NCBI GenBank assembly: GCA_964600055.1
Contig: CAZRID010000003.1
Span: forward strand, 1-37,268
Source of the DNA: an uncultured Acidimicrobiaceae bacterium
GTDB taxonomy: Bacteria; Actinomycetota; Acidimicrobiia; Spongiisociales; ZC4RG35
Direction: 5' to 3'
Length of the DNA: 37,268 nucleotides
Positions 22,877 through 31,869 of this stretch are shown one piece after another. Every line of letters begins with the position of its first letter. The stretch's first letter is position 1. The notes under the pieces are model-generated. The model was not told the origin of the DNA, made no database searches, and saw nothing but the letters and a program-made list of their open reading frames with translations. Position numbers and translations under genes: made by a program.

Positions 22877-24190
22877 TTGCCGTCCGAACAGCCGGAGTGG
22901 CGTAAGAGCCTGCGCAAGAGACCTGCTCCCCTTCTCGAAGAGCCGGTCGCCATCAACACCGAGTTCGTCGCCCACACCCGGGTCGAAGGCCGGGCCGACG
23001 GGATCCAGCTCCAGTTCCAGACCGTCGGCGATCATCACTATCTGTACGTCGGCCACATCTGGTCCGGCGGGGTGAGCATCCTCGATGTGACCAATCCCGC
23101 CGACCCCCAGGTCGCCGCCTTCATCCCGGCCCCCAACGAGAGCACCAAGCACACCAAGGTCCAGGTGGCCGACGGCATCGCCATGATCGGTTGTGAGGCC
23201 CCGATGTTCGACCCACGGCCCGACCCGACCAAGGCCTGGCTCGGGGTCAGATTCTTCGATGTTTCGGATCCGACCGATCCCAAGGACCTCTCGTTTTGGG
23301 CCTCGGACCGGCCCGGCTTCGGGGTTCACCGCTCGTGGTGGAACGGTGGTCGTTACGCCTTCCTCTCCCACGGCGTGGCGGCCGAGGGCTTCATGTACGC
23401 CGGGCGTCCCGACCGCACCCGGATCATGACCACGCTCGACATCTCCGACCCGGAGAATCCGAAGCGGGTCTCCGACTTCTGGCTCCCGGTGCAGCGTGGC
23501 GAGGGCCGTCAGCCGGGGCCGGGGGAGACATTCGGGGTCCACGAGCCGGTGATCCACGGCGACCGGGCATATATCGCATACGCCGACGGTGGGTTCGCCA
23601 TCGCCGACATCTCCGACATCGAGAACCCGACCCTTGTCACCCACCAGTGGATCTTCCCCGAGCTGACCGACGGTCAGACCCACACGTGTGTCCCCTGGCC
23701 GGATCGTGACCTCCTAGTGGTCTCGGACGAGGCCATGGCCACGTTCGGTCTTGAAGGCGAGAAGAACATCATGATGTGGGATATCGCCGAGGAGACCGAT
23801 CCCAAGCTGCTATCGATGCTACCGATCCCGACCCCGACCGAGGACGAGCCATACGAGAGCTACTTCCACAAGGGTGAGCGCTTCGGCCCCCACGGGCTTC
23901 ACGACAACCACCAGGGGACGGCTCAGATCACCGACAAGGTGTACAACGCATATATGAACGCCGGTCTCCGGGTGTGGGACGTGTCCGACCCTTCCAACCC
24001 TGAGGAAACCGCATCCTTTGTTCCGGCTGATCCCACCGAGCAGGTCGATCCGAGACCGTACAACCGGATCGCCGACCCGTTGCGCGGCGGAACCCGCAAG
24101 GCCTGCAACCAGGACGTGGTCGTCGATCCACGTGGGTACATCTACCTGAGCGGCTACAACGACGGGATCTGGATCGTCAAGGAGAGTTGA
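22877..24190 (+). CDS. LVIVD-repeat beta-propeller protein A (no signal peptide; function unknown)
   Basis: ORF track gives 437 aa. TTG start with an AGGAGG RBS 9 nt upstream. It has about seven repeats of the type h-h-h-D-(V/I)-(S/T)-D-P-x-x-P: VSILDVTNPADP, VRFFDVSDPTDP, TTLDISDPENP, AIADISDIENP, MMWDIAEETDP, RVWDVSDPSNP. Confidence 0.85.
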   Translation: MPSEQPEWRKSLRKRPAPLLEEPVAINTEFVAHTRVEGRADGIQLQFQTVGDHHYLYVGHIWSGGVSILDVTNPADPQVAAFIPAPNESTKHTKVQVADGIAMIGCEAPMFDPRPDPTKAWLGVRFFDVSDPTDPKDLSFWASDRPGFGVHRSWWNGGRYAFLSHGVAAEGFMYAGRPDRTRIMTTLDISDPENPKRVSDFWLPVQRGEGRQPGPGETFGVHEPVIHGDRAYIAYADGGFAIADISDIENPTLVTHQWIFPELTDGQTHTCVPWPDRDLLVVSDEAMATFGLEGEKNIMMWDIAEETDPKLLSMLPIPTPTEDEPYESYFHKGERFGPHGLHDNHQGTAQITDKVYNAYMNAGLRVWDVSDPSNPEETASFVPADPTEQVDPRPYNRIADPLRGGTRKACNQDVVVDPRGYIYLSGYNDGIWIVKES

Positions 24191-24198
24191 CTCCCGGG

Positions 24199-24972
24199 AT
24201 GAACCAGCATTCGCCGGCCGAGACTGGTGTAGTCCTGGTCACCGGGGCTAGGAGAGGGATTGGCCGGGCGGTGGCCGAGCGGTTCCTGGTCGAGGGGTGG
24301 CAGGTGGCACTCAACGATGTCGACGGCGATGGACTCGGCGCCACATTCGAATCTCTCCTCGGCGATGGGCCATTGGTGAGCGCCCATCAGGCCGACGTCG
24401 GCGACCGGGCACAGGTGGAGAGGATGATCGAGGAGGTTCTCGAGGAGCACGGGCGTCTCGATGTCCTGGTGAACAACGCCGGGGCGATCCGGTTCTCCCC
24501 CTTCACCGAATACACCACGGCGGATTTCGAGTTGTCGGTGCGGACCAACCTGTTGGGGACCTTTCACTGCACACAGGCGACATCAAACCGGTGGATCACG
24601 TTGGGTGCCCCCGGCAGCATCATCAACATCTCCTCGGTGTCGGGGCGTCAGGCGCGTCCGGGGCACGTGGCATATGGGGCGAGCAAGGCGGGTGTGGAGA
24701 TGTTGTCCAAGGTGGCAGCCATGGAATTGGCGCCCTATGGGATCAGGGTCAACTGCGTCGCGCCGGGTGGGCCGATCATGACCGAGTTCGTCCAGCCTCT
24801 AGCCGAGAGACCCGGATTTCAGGAGCGGGTCCGGGCCACGGTCCCGATGGGCAGGACCGGTGAGCCCGAAGAGGTGGCCGGGGTGGTGTTCTTCCTCGCC
24901 TCCAAGGAGGCGTCATACATGACGGGGGCCGTCGTGGTGGTCGATGGTGGCGTCACACTGGGCCGTCCATGA
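24199..24972 (+). CDS. Short-chain dehydrogenase/reductase (SDR)
   Basis: The track ORF begins at TTG 24187, overlapping the upstream stop. I prefer ATG 24199, which has an AGGAGA RBS 13 nt upstream. Motifs present: VTGARRGIGRAV, LVNNAG, and the catalytic YGASK. Confidence 0.9.
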   Translation: MNQHSPAETGVVLVTGARRGIGRAVAERFLVEGWQVALNDVDGDGLGATFESLLGDGPLVSAHQADVGDRAQVERMIEEVLEEHGRLDVLVNNAGAIRFSPFTEYTTADFELSVRTNLLGTFHCTQATSNRWITLGAPGSIINISSVSGRQARPGHVAYGASKAGVEMLSKVAAMELAPYGIRVNCVAPGGPIMTEFVQPLAERPGFQERVRATVPMGRTGEPEEVAGVVFFLASKEASYMTGAVVVVDGGVTLGRP

Positions 24973-25027
24973 CAAACCACTGCTTCTCGCGAGCCAGAAC
25001 GGATTCCGGAGTCGTTTGACCGCAAAC

Positions 25028-25045
25028 TTGATCAATGATAATTTC
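25028..25045 (+). promoter_or_regulatory. AT-rich promoter/operator element, site 2 (TTGATCAATGATAATTTC)
   Basis: It is identical over 18 nt to site 1 and ends 18 nt before the ATG of LVIVD protein B. Confidence 0.55.
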
Positions 25046-25062
25046 CAAATCCAAGGAGGGCA

Positions 25063-26421
25063 ATGGCTGAGAAGCAACCGGAGTGGAAGAGCTGGATACG
25101 GCGGCGAGCGGCCACTCCCCTCCTTGAGCCCGTCGCCACCAACGTCGACATCGTCGGTTTCACCGGCATGGAAGGGCGTCTGGACGGACAGCAGCTCCAG
25201 TTCCAGACCGTGGGCGATCATCACTATCTCTACGTCGGTCATCCGTGGTCAGGGGGTGTGAGCGTCATCGACGTCACATCGCCCAAGGACCCCCAGGTGG
25301 CCGCCTTCATCCCCGCTCCCAACGAGCACACCTGGCACATCAAGATCCAGGTGGCCGACAACATCCTCATGACCTCATGTGAGGTCGCATTCTTCAAGCC
25401 CGGAGTTGATGCCTCCCAGGCCTGGGCCGGTGTCCGATTCTTCGATGTATCGGATCCAACCCAGCCCCGGGAGCTGTCACATTGGTCGGGCTCCGAACCC
25501 ACCGACTACGGGGTGCACCGCAGTTGGTGGAACGGCGGCCGCTACGCCTACCTTTCCAACATGATCGATGCCCCGGGCGTGAGCTATCACTGGCGCAAGG
25601 GCAGGACCCGGGTGATGACCATCCTGGATGTGTCCGATCCGGAGAGCCCCAAGCGCGTCTCCGATTTCTGGCATCCGGTGCAACTCGGTGAGGAGCCCGC
25701 GGCCCTGCCCGATGAGACGTTCGGCGTTCACTTCCCTCTGGTGGAGGGCAACCGTGCCTATGTCGCGTACTCGGATGGCGGCTTTGGCATCGTGGATGTC
25801 TCGGATCCCGAACATGCCACCCTGATCAGTCACGTGCGGACCTTCCCGGATCTCACCGACGGGCAGACACACACCTGTGTCCCTCTCACCGACCGCGGAA
25901 TCCTGGTGGTCTGCGAGGAGCCGATGGCCAACTACGGTCTCGAGGGACCGAAGAACATCCGGCTCTGGGATATCTCCGACGAGACCAACCCCACCGAGAT
26001 TTCGACCCTCCCCATTCCCGACCCCACCGATCGGGAGCCCTATCCCAGCTACTACCACAAGGGCGAGAGGTTCGGCCCCCACAACATGCACGAGAACCAT
26101 CAGGGAACCAAGCAGATCACCGACAAGGTCTACAACGCATATTTCAACGCAGGATTGAGGGTTTTCGACATCTCAGACCCGGCCCGTCCCGTTGAGACCG
26201 CATCATTCGTCCCCCCGACGCCGACGGAGTGGGTGGACCCACGCCCGTTCATGAGGATCTTCGACGTGATCCACGGTGGCGTGCGCGATGTCTGCAGCCA
26301 GGACGTCTTGGTCGACCCTCGCGGCTACATCTACCTGAGCGGTCTCAACGACGGGATTTGGATACTCGAGGAGACGAACTCAGCCGCCAACAACCCTGCT
26401 GGCTCGTCGAATGACGGCTGA
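25063..26421 (+). CDS. LVIVD-repeat beta-propeller protein B (close paralog of A; no signal peptide)
   Basis: ORF track gives 452 aa. It is collinear with A from the N-terminus (M-x-E-x-QPEW...QLQFQTVGDHHYLYVGH) to the C-terminus (VDPRGYIYLSG-x-NDGIWI), and by eye about two thirds of residues are identical. Confidence 0.85.
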   Translation: MAEKQPEWKSWIRRRAATPLLEPVATNVDIVGFTGMEGRLDGQQLQFQTVGDHHYLYVGHPWSGGVSVIDVTSPKDPQVAAFIPAPNEHTWHIKIQVADNILMTSCEVAFFKPGVDASQAWAGVRFFDVSDPTQPRELSHWSGSEPTDYGVHRSWWNGGRYAYLSNMIDAPGVSYHWRKGRTRVMTILDVSDPESPKRVSDFWHPVQLGEEPAALPDETFGVHFPLVEGNRAYVAYSDGGFGIVDVSDPEHATLISHVRTFPDLTDGQTHTCVPLTDRGILVVCEEPMANYGLEGPKNIRLWDISDETNPTEISTLPIPDPTDREPYPSYYHKGERFGPHNMHENHQGTKQITDKVYNAYFNAGLRVFDISDPARPVETASFVPPTPTEWVDPRPFMRIFDVIHGGVRDVCSQDVLVDPRGYIYLSGLNDGIWILEETNSAANNPAGSSNDG

Positions 26422-26448
26422 TCCCGAACGCCCGGGAGTGGCGCTCGC

Positions 26449-28716
26449 ATGACCCAACTCGGGGCTCCTTTGCCCAGACTGGAGGATGGGCCGCTCGTCA
26501 CCGGAAAAGGCTCCTTCATCGCCGACCTCATCGATGAAGAGACCCTGCATTGTGCCTTTGTCAGGAGCCCGGTTGCCCACGGGACATTCGACCCTCCCCC
26601 GCTCGAGGACGCCATCGGTATGCCGGGGGTCGTGGCGGTCTTCAGCGCCGACACCCTCGATCTCCCCGACCTGCCATCCTCCCCGGGTCGGGGAGCACCG
26701 GAGGCCACCGGCATGGGCCAGCCGGCGTTGGCCCGTGGTCGGGTGCGCCATGTCGGTGACCCGATCGCCGTAGTCGTTGCCGAGACAGCACGACAGGCGG
26801 TCGATGCGGCCGACCAGATTTGGGTCGACATCGATCTCCTACCTGTGGTCGCCGACGTCGCCACTGCGTTGCAAGACGAGACGCTCCTGTTCCCGGAGGT
26901 CGGGACCAACCTGGTCCACGAGGCAACCGTGAGCAGCCCGGGCCCGGCCCCGAGCAGCACCCACGAAGCAGAGATCGAGGTCGATATCCCCCGGGTCTCC
27001 CCGGTCACCATCGAGCCCTTGGCGATCCTGGTGCGACCGAATGCGGACGGTCTCGATGTCTGGTGCGGGCACCAGGCGCCGCAGCGACTCCCCAATCTGC
27101 TGGGTGGGATCCTGGGCTTGCCCCCATCCATGATCAGGGCGCGAGTACCGGATGTGGGCGGGGCTTTCGGCACCAAGGGGCAGTTCTACGCCGAGTATCC
27201 GACCGTCACTATGGTCGCCCATCGCCTGGGCCGGCCGGTGGTCTGGATCCAGACACGACGCGAACAGCTCCTCTCCGGCACCCACGGCAGATCACAGCGG
27301 ATCCGGGTCCGGCTGGGCGGCGACTCCGACGGCCGGATCATGAGCGCCAAGATCGACATCGTCGGAGATGTCGGCGCCTATCCCAACACCGGCTCCAGAA
27401 TCCCCTTCTTCACCCAGTTCGTCGCCCAAGGTGCATACGACATCGGGCATCTCGAGGTTCACGCAGCTGCCTACGTGACCAACAAGGCACCCACCGGGCC
27501 GTATCGCGGCGCGGGCCGTCCCGAAGCCGCGATCGCAATCGAGAGAGCGGTCGACGCCTTCGCATTTGAGGTCGGGCTGAAGCCCGAAGCGGTAAGACGC
27601 AAGAATTTCGTCTCATCGTCCCAGATGCCGTTCACCTCCCAAACCGGGGCGGTGTATGACTCCGGTGACTACCTGGCAGCCATGGAGTTGGCCCTGGAGA
27701 CCGCAGACATCGAGCGTTGGCGGGCGGAACAGGCGGAGCGGCGGCGACGTGGTGAGAACCCTCTGGGCATCGGCATCGGCTCTTTCATCGAGCGGGCCGG
27801 CGGGGGAGGCGAATACGGGAAAGTCGAGCTGTTACGTGACGGCACCGTGGTGGTGAGGACAGGCTCCACCGCCGCCGGGCAGAGCCATCGCACCGTTTGG
27901 TCCCAGCTCGCAGCCAGCGTCTTCACGGTCCCCATCGACCGCGTCACCTTCTATGCCGGGGACACCTACGAGGTGGCAGGGGGCACCGGTAGCTTCGGCA
28001 GCCGGTCGACCCAGCTCGGGGCCTCGGCGATCTTCCGAACCGCTCACGAGGTCGTCGACCGGGCAAGGAAGGTGGCCGCGGAGGCACTGGAGGCGGCGGA
28101 AGCAGACCTGGAACTGGTCGACGGCTGCTTCAGGGTCGTCGGCTCCCCTGGTTCTGAGATCTCCCTGGCCGCTGTCGCCAAGCGGGCGGCAGAGTCCAAT
28201 ATCGATCTCACCGCCGAGGAGATGTTCGACCCGGATGCGATGACGTTTCCTTACGGCACTTACGTGGCGGTGGTCGAGGTCGAGATGGAGACCGGTGAGA
28301 TCAACCTGCTCGACCTGGTTGCCGTGGACGACTGTGGCAACGTCCTCAACTCGATGGTGGTCGAAGGCCAGCTGCACGGCTCGATCATGCAGGGGATCGG
28401 AACCTCCCTGCTCGAGGCCGTGGTCTACGACGAGGACGGGCAGCCGCTCACATCGAACCTGATGAGCTATCTGATCCCGACCTCGACCCAACCGTTCCCT
28501 CTTCAATCGAGACGTCTTGTCCACCCGGCGCCATCCAACCCGCTCGGGGCAAAGGGGACCGGTGAGGCCGGCTGCATCGGTGTCCCGCCCGCCATCCTCA
28601 ACGCCGTGCACGACGCCTTGCGGGAGCACGGGGTCACCTCGATCAGCTTTCCCCTCACCGCGGCCCGGGTGTGGGAGGCAATCCGCAGCGCACAACAAGG
28701 GGAAGCCAGCCAATGA
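26449..28716 (+). CDS. Xanthine dehydrogenase/CoxL-family molybdopterin-binding large subunit
   Basis: ORF track gives 755 aa. Motifs present: LPRLEDGPLVTGKG, VGGAFGTKG, GPYRGAGRPEA, GAKGTGEAG (catalytic Glu context). Confidence 0.92.
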   Translation: MTQLGAPLPRLEDGPLVTGKGSFIADLIDEETLHCAFVRSPVAHGTFDPPPLEDAIGMPGVVAVFSADTLDLPDLPSSPGRGAPEATGMGQPALARGRVRHVGDPIAVVVAETARQAVDAADQIWVDIDLLPVVADVATALQDETLLFPEVGTNLVHEATVSSPGPAPSSTHEAEIEVDIPRVSPVTIEPLAILVRPNADGLDVWCGHQAPQRLPNLLGGILGLPPSMIRARVPDVGGAFGTKGQFYAEYPTVTMVAHRLGRPVVWIQTRREQLLSGTHGRSQRIRVRLGGDSDGRIMSAKIDIVGDVGAYPNTGSRIPFFTQFVAQGAYDIGHLEVHAAAYVTNKAPTGPYRGAGRPEAAIAIERAVDAFAFEVGLKPEAVRRKNFVSSSQMPFTSQTGAVYDSGDYLAAMELALETADIERWRAEQAERRRRGENPLGIGIGSFIERAGGGGEYGKVELLRDGTVVVRTGSTAAGQSHRTVWSQLAASVFTVPIDRVTFYAGDTYEVAGGTGSFGSRSTQLGASAIFRTAHEVVDRARKVAAEALEAAEADLELVDGCFRVVGSPGSEISLAAVAKRAAESNIDLTAEEMFDPDAMTFPYGTYVAVVEVEMETGEINLLDLVAVDDCGNVLNSMVVEGQLHGSIMQGIGTSLLEAVVYDEDGQPLTSNLMSYLIPTSTQPFPLQSRRLVHPAPSNPLGAKGTGEAGCIGVPPAILNAVHDALREHGVTSISFPLTAARVWEAIRSAQQGEASQ

Positions 28717-29717
28717 CCTACGACGTCCACGCCCACATCGTGCCGGTTGAGCTGATGGAATTGCTGCGCTTCGACGGGCCCGGATTCGGGTTGGAGGTCT
28801 TCGAGACCTCAGACGGCAAGGAGAAGATCAAGATCGCAGGTCGACTCGAGATCGGGCCCTTTCCCGACAATCTCTTCGATCTCGATGCCAGATTTGCGGC
28901 CATGGACCAGGGCGGGGTCGAGGTCCAACTGGTTGGCCACCGCACCGAGCTCAGTGCATATGCCCTGGAAGGCGAGAGGGGTGCCGCCTATGCACGGGCC
29001 TTCAATCGAATCCTTGCCGACGAGGTTTCGAGGCAGCCGGACCGGTTGCTCGCCCTGGGGACTGTTCCGCTCCAGGATCCCAAGCGCGCCGCCGAGGAGC
29101 TGGCATATGCAGTGCAGGACCTGGGGATGGTCGGCGTGGAGATCGCGTCCAACATCGACGGTGTGCCACTGGACCAGGCGGGGTTGGATCCCTTCTGGGA
29201 GACGGCCAATGAGCTCCGCTGCTTCGTCTTGTTGCATCCCAACGATCCGCTGCGCGGAGTCGACCTGAGTCGCTACTTCATGGACAACATGGTGGGCCGG
29301 CCGGCGGAGTCGACGGTGGCCATCGCCTACCTCCTCTTCAGCGGCGTGTTGGAGCGATACCCGGACTTGGTGGTATCCATGGTGCACGGCGGTGGGTACA
29401 TGCCCTATCAGCTCGGTCGCTGGGAGAAGGCATACAGGGTCGTCCCCCACATCGCCGGGAAGAACATCACGATGCCTCCGATCGAATACGTGAAGCGCCT
29501 TTACTTCGACAGTCTGGTTCACATCCCCCAGACCCTCTCCTACCTGTTGGAGCTGGTGGGGCCATCCCAAGTGCTGGTGGGCACCGACTATCCCTACGAG
29601 ATGGCCGAACGCTCGCCGGTGGCTTTCATCGACTCGGTCCCCGGTCTCGGGGCAGACGATCGTCACGCCATCCTGGAGGGCAACATTCGCCGCATCATCG
29701 ACGGGATTCGTCGATGA
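28713..29717 (+). CDS. Amidohydrolase_2 (ACMSD/LigW/IDCase-type metal-dependent decarboxylase or hydrolase)
   Basis: I moved the start to ATG 28713 (MTYDVHAHIVP), which overlaps the Mo-subunit stop (ATGA). It has the HxH metal motif DVHAHI, plus HGGG and GTDYPYE. Confidence 0.85.
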   Translation: MTYDVHAHIVPVELMELLRFDGPGFGLEVFETSDGKEKIKIAGRLEIGPFPDNLFDLDARFAAMDQGGVEVQLVGHRTELSAYALEGERGAAYARAFNRILADEVSRQPDRLLALGTVPLQDPKRAAEELAYAVQDLGMVGVEIASNIDGVPLDQAGLDPFWETANELRCFVLLHPNDPLRGVDLSRYFMDNMVGRPAESTVAIAYLLFSGVLERYPDLVVSMVHGGGYMPYQLGRWEKAYRVVPHIAGKNITMPPIEYVKRLYFDSLVHIPQTLSYLLELVGPSQVLVGTDYPYEMAERSPVAFIDSVPGLGADDRHAILEGNIRRIIDGIRR

Positions 29718-30901
29718 CAGCCCGGCCCACAACCGAGACCGATGCCCATCGGATGACGGTTGTCGGCCATATCGACCTCGACGGCAAGGGCGACGGTATG
29801 CACGTGAACGTGGTCGACGGGGTGGCCTACATGGGTCACATGGGTTACAACGACTTGGGGACCTCGATCATCGACGTCTCCGACCCTGCCCGCCCCAGCC
29901 TCATCACGCAGATCCAGAGACCGGAGGGAACCCATTCCCACAAGGTGCAGGTGATCGGGGACATCCTGCTCGTCAACCACGAGCGGAACCGCTTCGAGAA
30001 GGAGCCCCCGGGGAGCTGGAGTGCCGGTCTTGCCGTCTACGACGTGTCCGACCCGGCACATCCCAACCAGATCGGCTTCTACCCCACTCCAGGCGTGGGA
30101 GTGCACCGGATGACCTGGTGGGACGGTCCGTTTGCGTACGTAGCCGGCACCGATGAAGGCTATCGGGGGCGCTTCCTCCACATCGTCGATCTCTCCGATC
30201 CGACCCAACCAACTGCGGTGGGGCGTTGGTGGTACCCGGGCCAGCATGTAGGCGGTGGAGAGGAGCCTTCATGGACCGTGGGCAAGGAGCCAGGTCCGGG
30301 GGACGAGGGGCGGGAGTACGCCCTGCACCACGCCCTTCCCTATGGCGACCGCCTCTACGCCGGGTACTGGGATGCAGGTCTCGTGATCCTCGACACAAGC
30401 GACAAAGCCAACCCCAAGCTGGTGAGTCGGCTCACCTTTGGTCCCGAGAGCCGTAACACCCACACCGCGTTTCGTCTCCCGGGAAGGGACATCGTCCTCG
30501 TCACCGACGAGCAACTGACCCGGTGGATCGGTGTCCAGCGTCACGTTTGGGTGGTCGACGTCTCCGATGAGGCCAACCCGCAGCTGATCTCCAGGCTTCC
30601 GGTCCCTCACGGGGAGCGACACGCCGAGGGCGTGCGCTGGGGCCCGCACAACCTCCACGAGATGAGACCGGGGTCATTCGCGGACCCCAACCTGGTCTTT
30701 CTCACCTATTTCGGTGGTGGTCTCCGCGCCTATGACCTGACCGACCCTGTCAACCCGGTCGAGGCCGCGTATTTGGTGCCCCCAGCCCCAACAGGGAGGG
30801 ATTCGATCCAGTTCAACGACGTGACTGCCACCAAGGACGGGCTGGTGTACGTCAGCGATCGTCACGGCAACGGTCTCTACATCGTGGACCCGGGCCTGTG
30901 A
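29714..30901 (+). CDS. LVIVD-repeat beta-propeller protein C (divergent paralog of A and B; no signal peptide)
   Basis: ORF track gives 395 aa. There is an ATGA overlap with the amidohydrolase stop. Repeats present: SIIDVSDPARP, AVYDVSDPAHP, HIVDLSDPTQP, VILDTSDKANP, WVVDVSDEANP, RAYDLTDPVNP. Confidence 0.85.
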   Translation: MTARPTTETDAHRMTVVGHIDLDGKGDGMHVNVVDGVAYMGHMGYNDLGTSIIDVSDPARPSLITQIQRPEGTHSHKVQVIGDILLVNHERNRFEKEPPGSWSAGLAVYDVSDPAHPNQIGFYPTPGVGVHRMTWWDGPFAYVAGTDEGYRGRFLHIVDLSDPTQPTAVGRWWYPGQHVGGGEEPSWTVGKEPGPGDEGREYALHHALPYGDRLYAGYWDAGLVILDTSDKANPKLVSRLTFGPESRNTHTAFRLPGRDIVLVTDEQLTRWIGVQRHVWVVDVSDEANPQLISRLPVPHGERHAEGVRWGPHNLHEMRPGSFADPNLVFLTYFGGGLRAYDLTDPVNPVEAAYLVPPAPTGRDSIQFNDVTATKDGLVYVSDRHGNGLYIVDPGL

Positions 30902-30933
30902 GGAGGCCACGACGCACAACGGAACGGGAATAG

Positions 30934-31869
30934 ATGGCCCGCTACATCCTGATCAACACGGTGCGAGGCCTGCTCACCCTGTTCGCGGTGTCGATACTGG
31001 TGTTCTTCCTGGCCCGTCTCACCGGGGATCCCCTCGATGTGTTGGCGCCCGTCGACATGAGCCGGGAGGACGAGGAAGCGCTGCGTGCGAAGTGGGGTCT
31101 CGATCAGCCGTTGCCGCAGCAGTACATCGCGTTCCTGGGCAACGCGATGCAAGGGGAGTTCGGCCCGTCGTTCAAGTACCCCACCGAGACCGCCGGATCG
31201 GTTGTCCTCGACCGGTTGCCCAATTCGATAAAGCTCGGCGCGGTGGCAACGATCCTGACGCTCGTGATCGGAGTCCCCTTGGGCATTCTGTCCGCAGTCA
31301 AACGAGGATCCCTGGTTGATCGCGTCGCCAGGGGATTTGCCCTCTTCGGGCAGTCGGTCCCCGAGTTCTGGCTGGCGATCATCCTCATCTGGTTTGTTGC
31401 GGTGCGTTGGCACGTCGTCCCCACCTCCGGGATCACCGGATGGAAGAGCTACATCCTGCCCAGCATCGTCATATCCATCTTCGGCATCGCCGCACTGCTC
31501 CGTCTCTTCCGATCGGCGATGCTCGAGACGATGGGTAGTGAGTATGTGAAGCTCGCCCGGCTCAAGGGTTTGTCCGAGTCCAAGGTCGTTTGGAAGCATG
31601 CCTTGAAGCCGGCCTCGATCGCCCCGCTCACCTTCTTCGGCGGGATCGTGGTCCGCATGATCACCGGGGCCACGGTGGTCGAGATCGTTTTCTCATGGCC
31701 GGGCGCCGGCCTGCTCGCCTACGAAGCCGCCAACGCCAGAGATTTCCCGGTGGTCCAGGCGCTGGCATTGTTCACCGCGGCGGCGATCGTCATCATGAAT
31801 CTGCTGATCGACATCACCTATGCCTACCTGGACCCTCGGGTTCGCCTCGGGCAAAAGGCAGTCAGTTGA
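30934..31869 (+). CDS. ABC transporter permease (DppB/OppB-like)
   Basis: ORF track gives 311 aa. N-terminus: MARYILINTVRGLLTLFAVSILVFFL. The EAA-loop region is EYVKLARLKGLSESKVVWKHALKPA. Confidence 0.9.
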   Translation: MARYILINTVRGLLTLFAVSILVFFLARLTGDPLDVLAPVDMSREDEEALRAKWGLDQPLPQQYIAFLGNAMQGEFGPSFKYPTETAGSVVLDRLPNSIKLGAVATILTLVIGVPLGILSAVKRGSLVDRVARGFALFGQSVPEFWLAIILIWFVAVRWHVVPTSGITGWKSYILPSIVISIFGIAALLRLFRSAMLETMGSEYVKLARLKGLSESKVVWKHALKPASIAPLTFFGGIVVRMITGATVVEIVFSWPGAGLLAYEAANARDFPVVQALALFTAAAIVIMNLLIDITYAYLDPRVRLGQKAVS

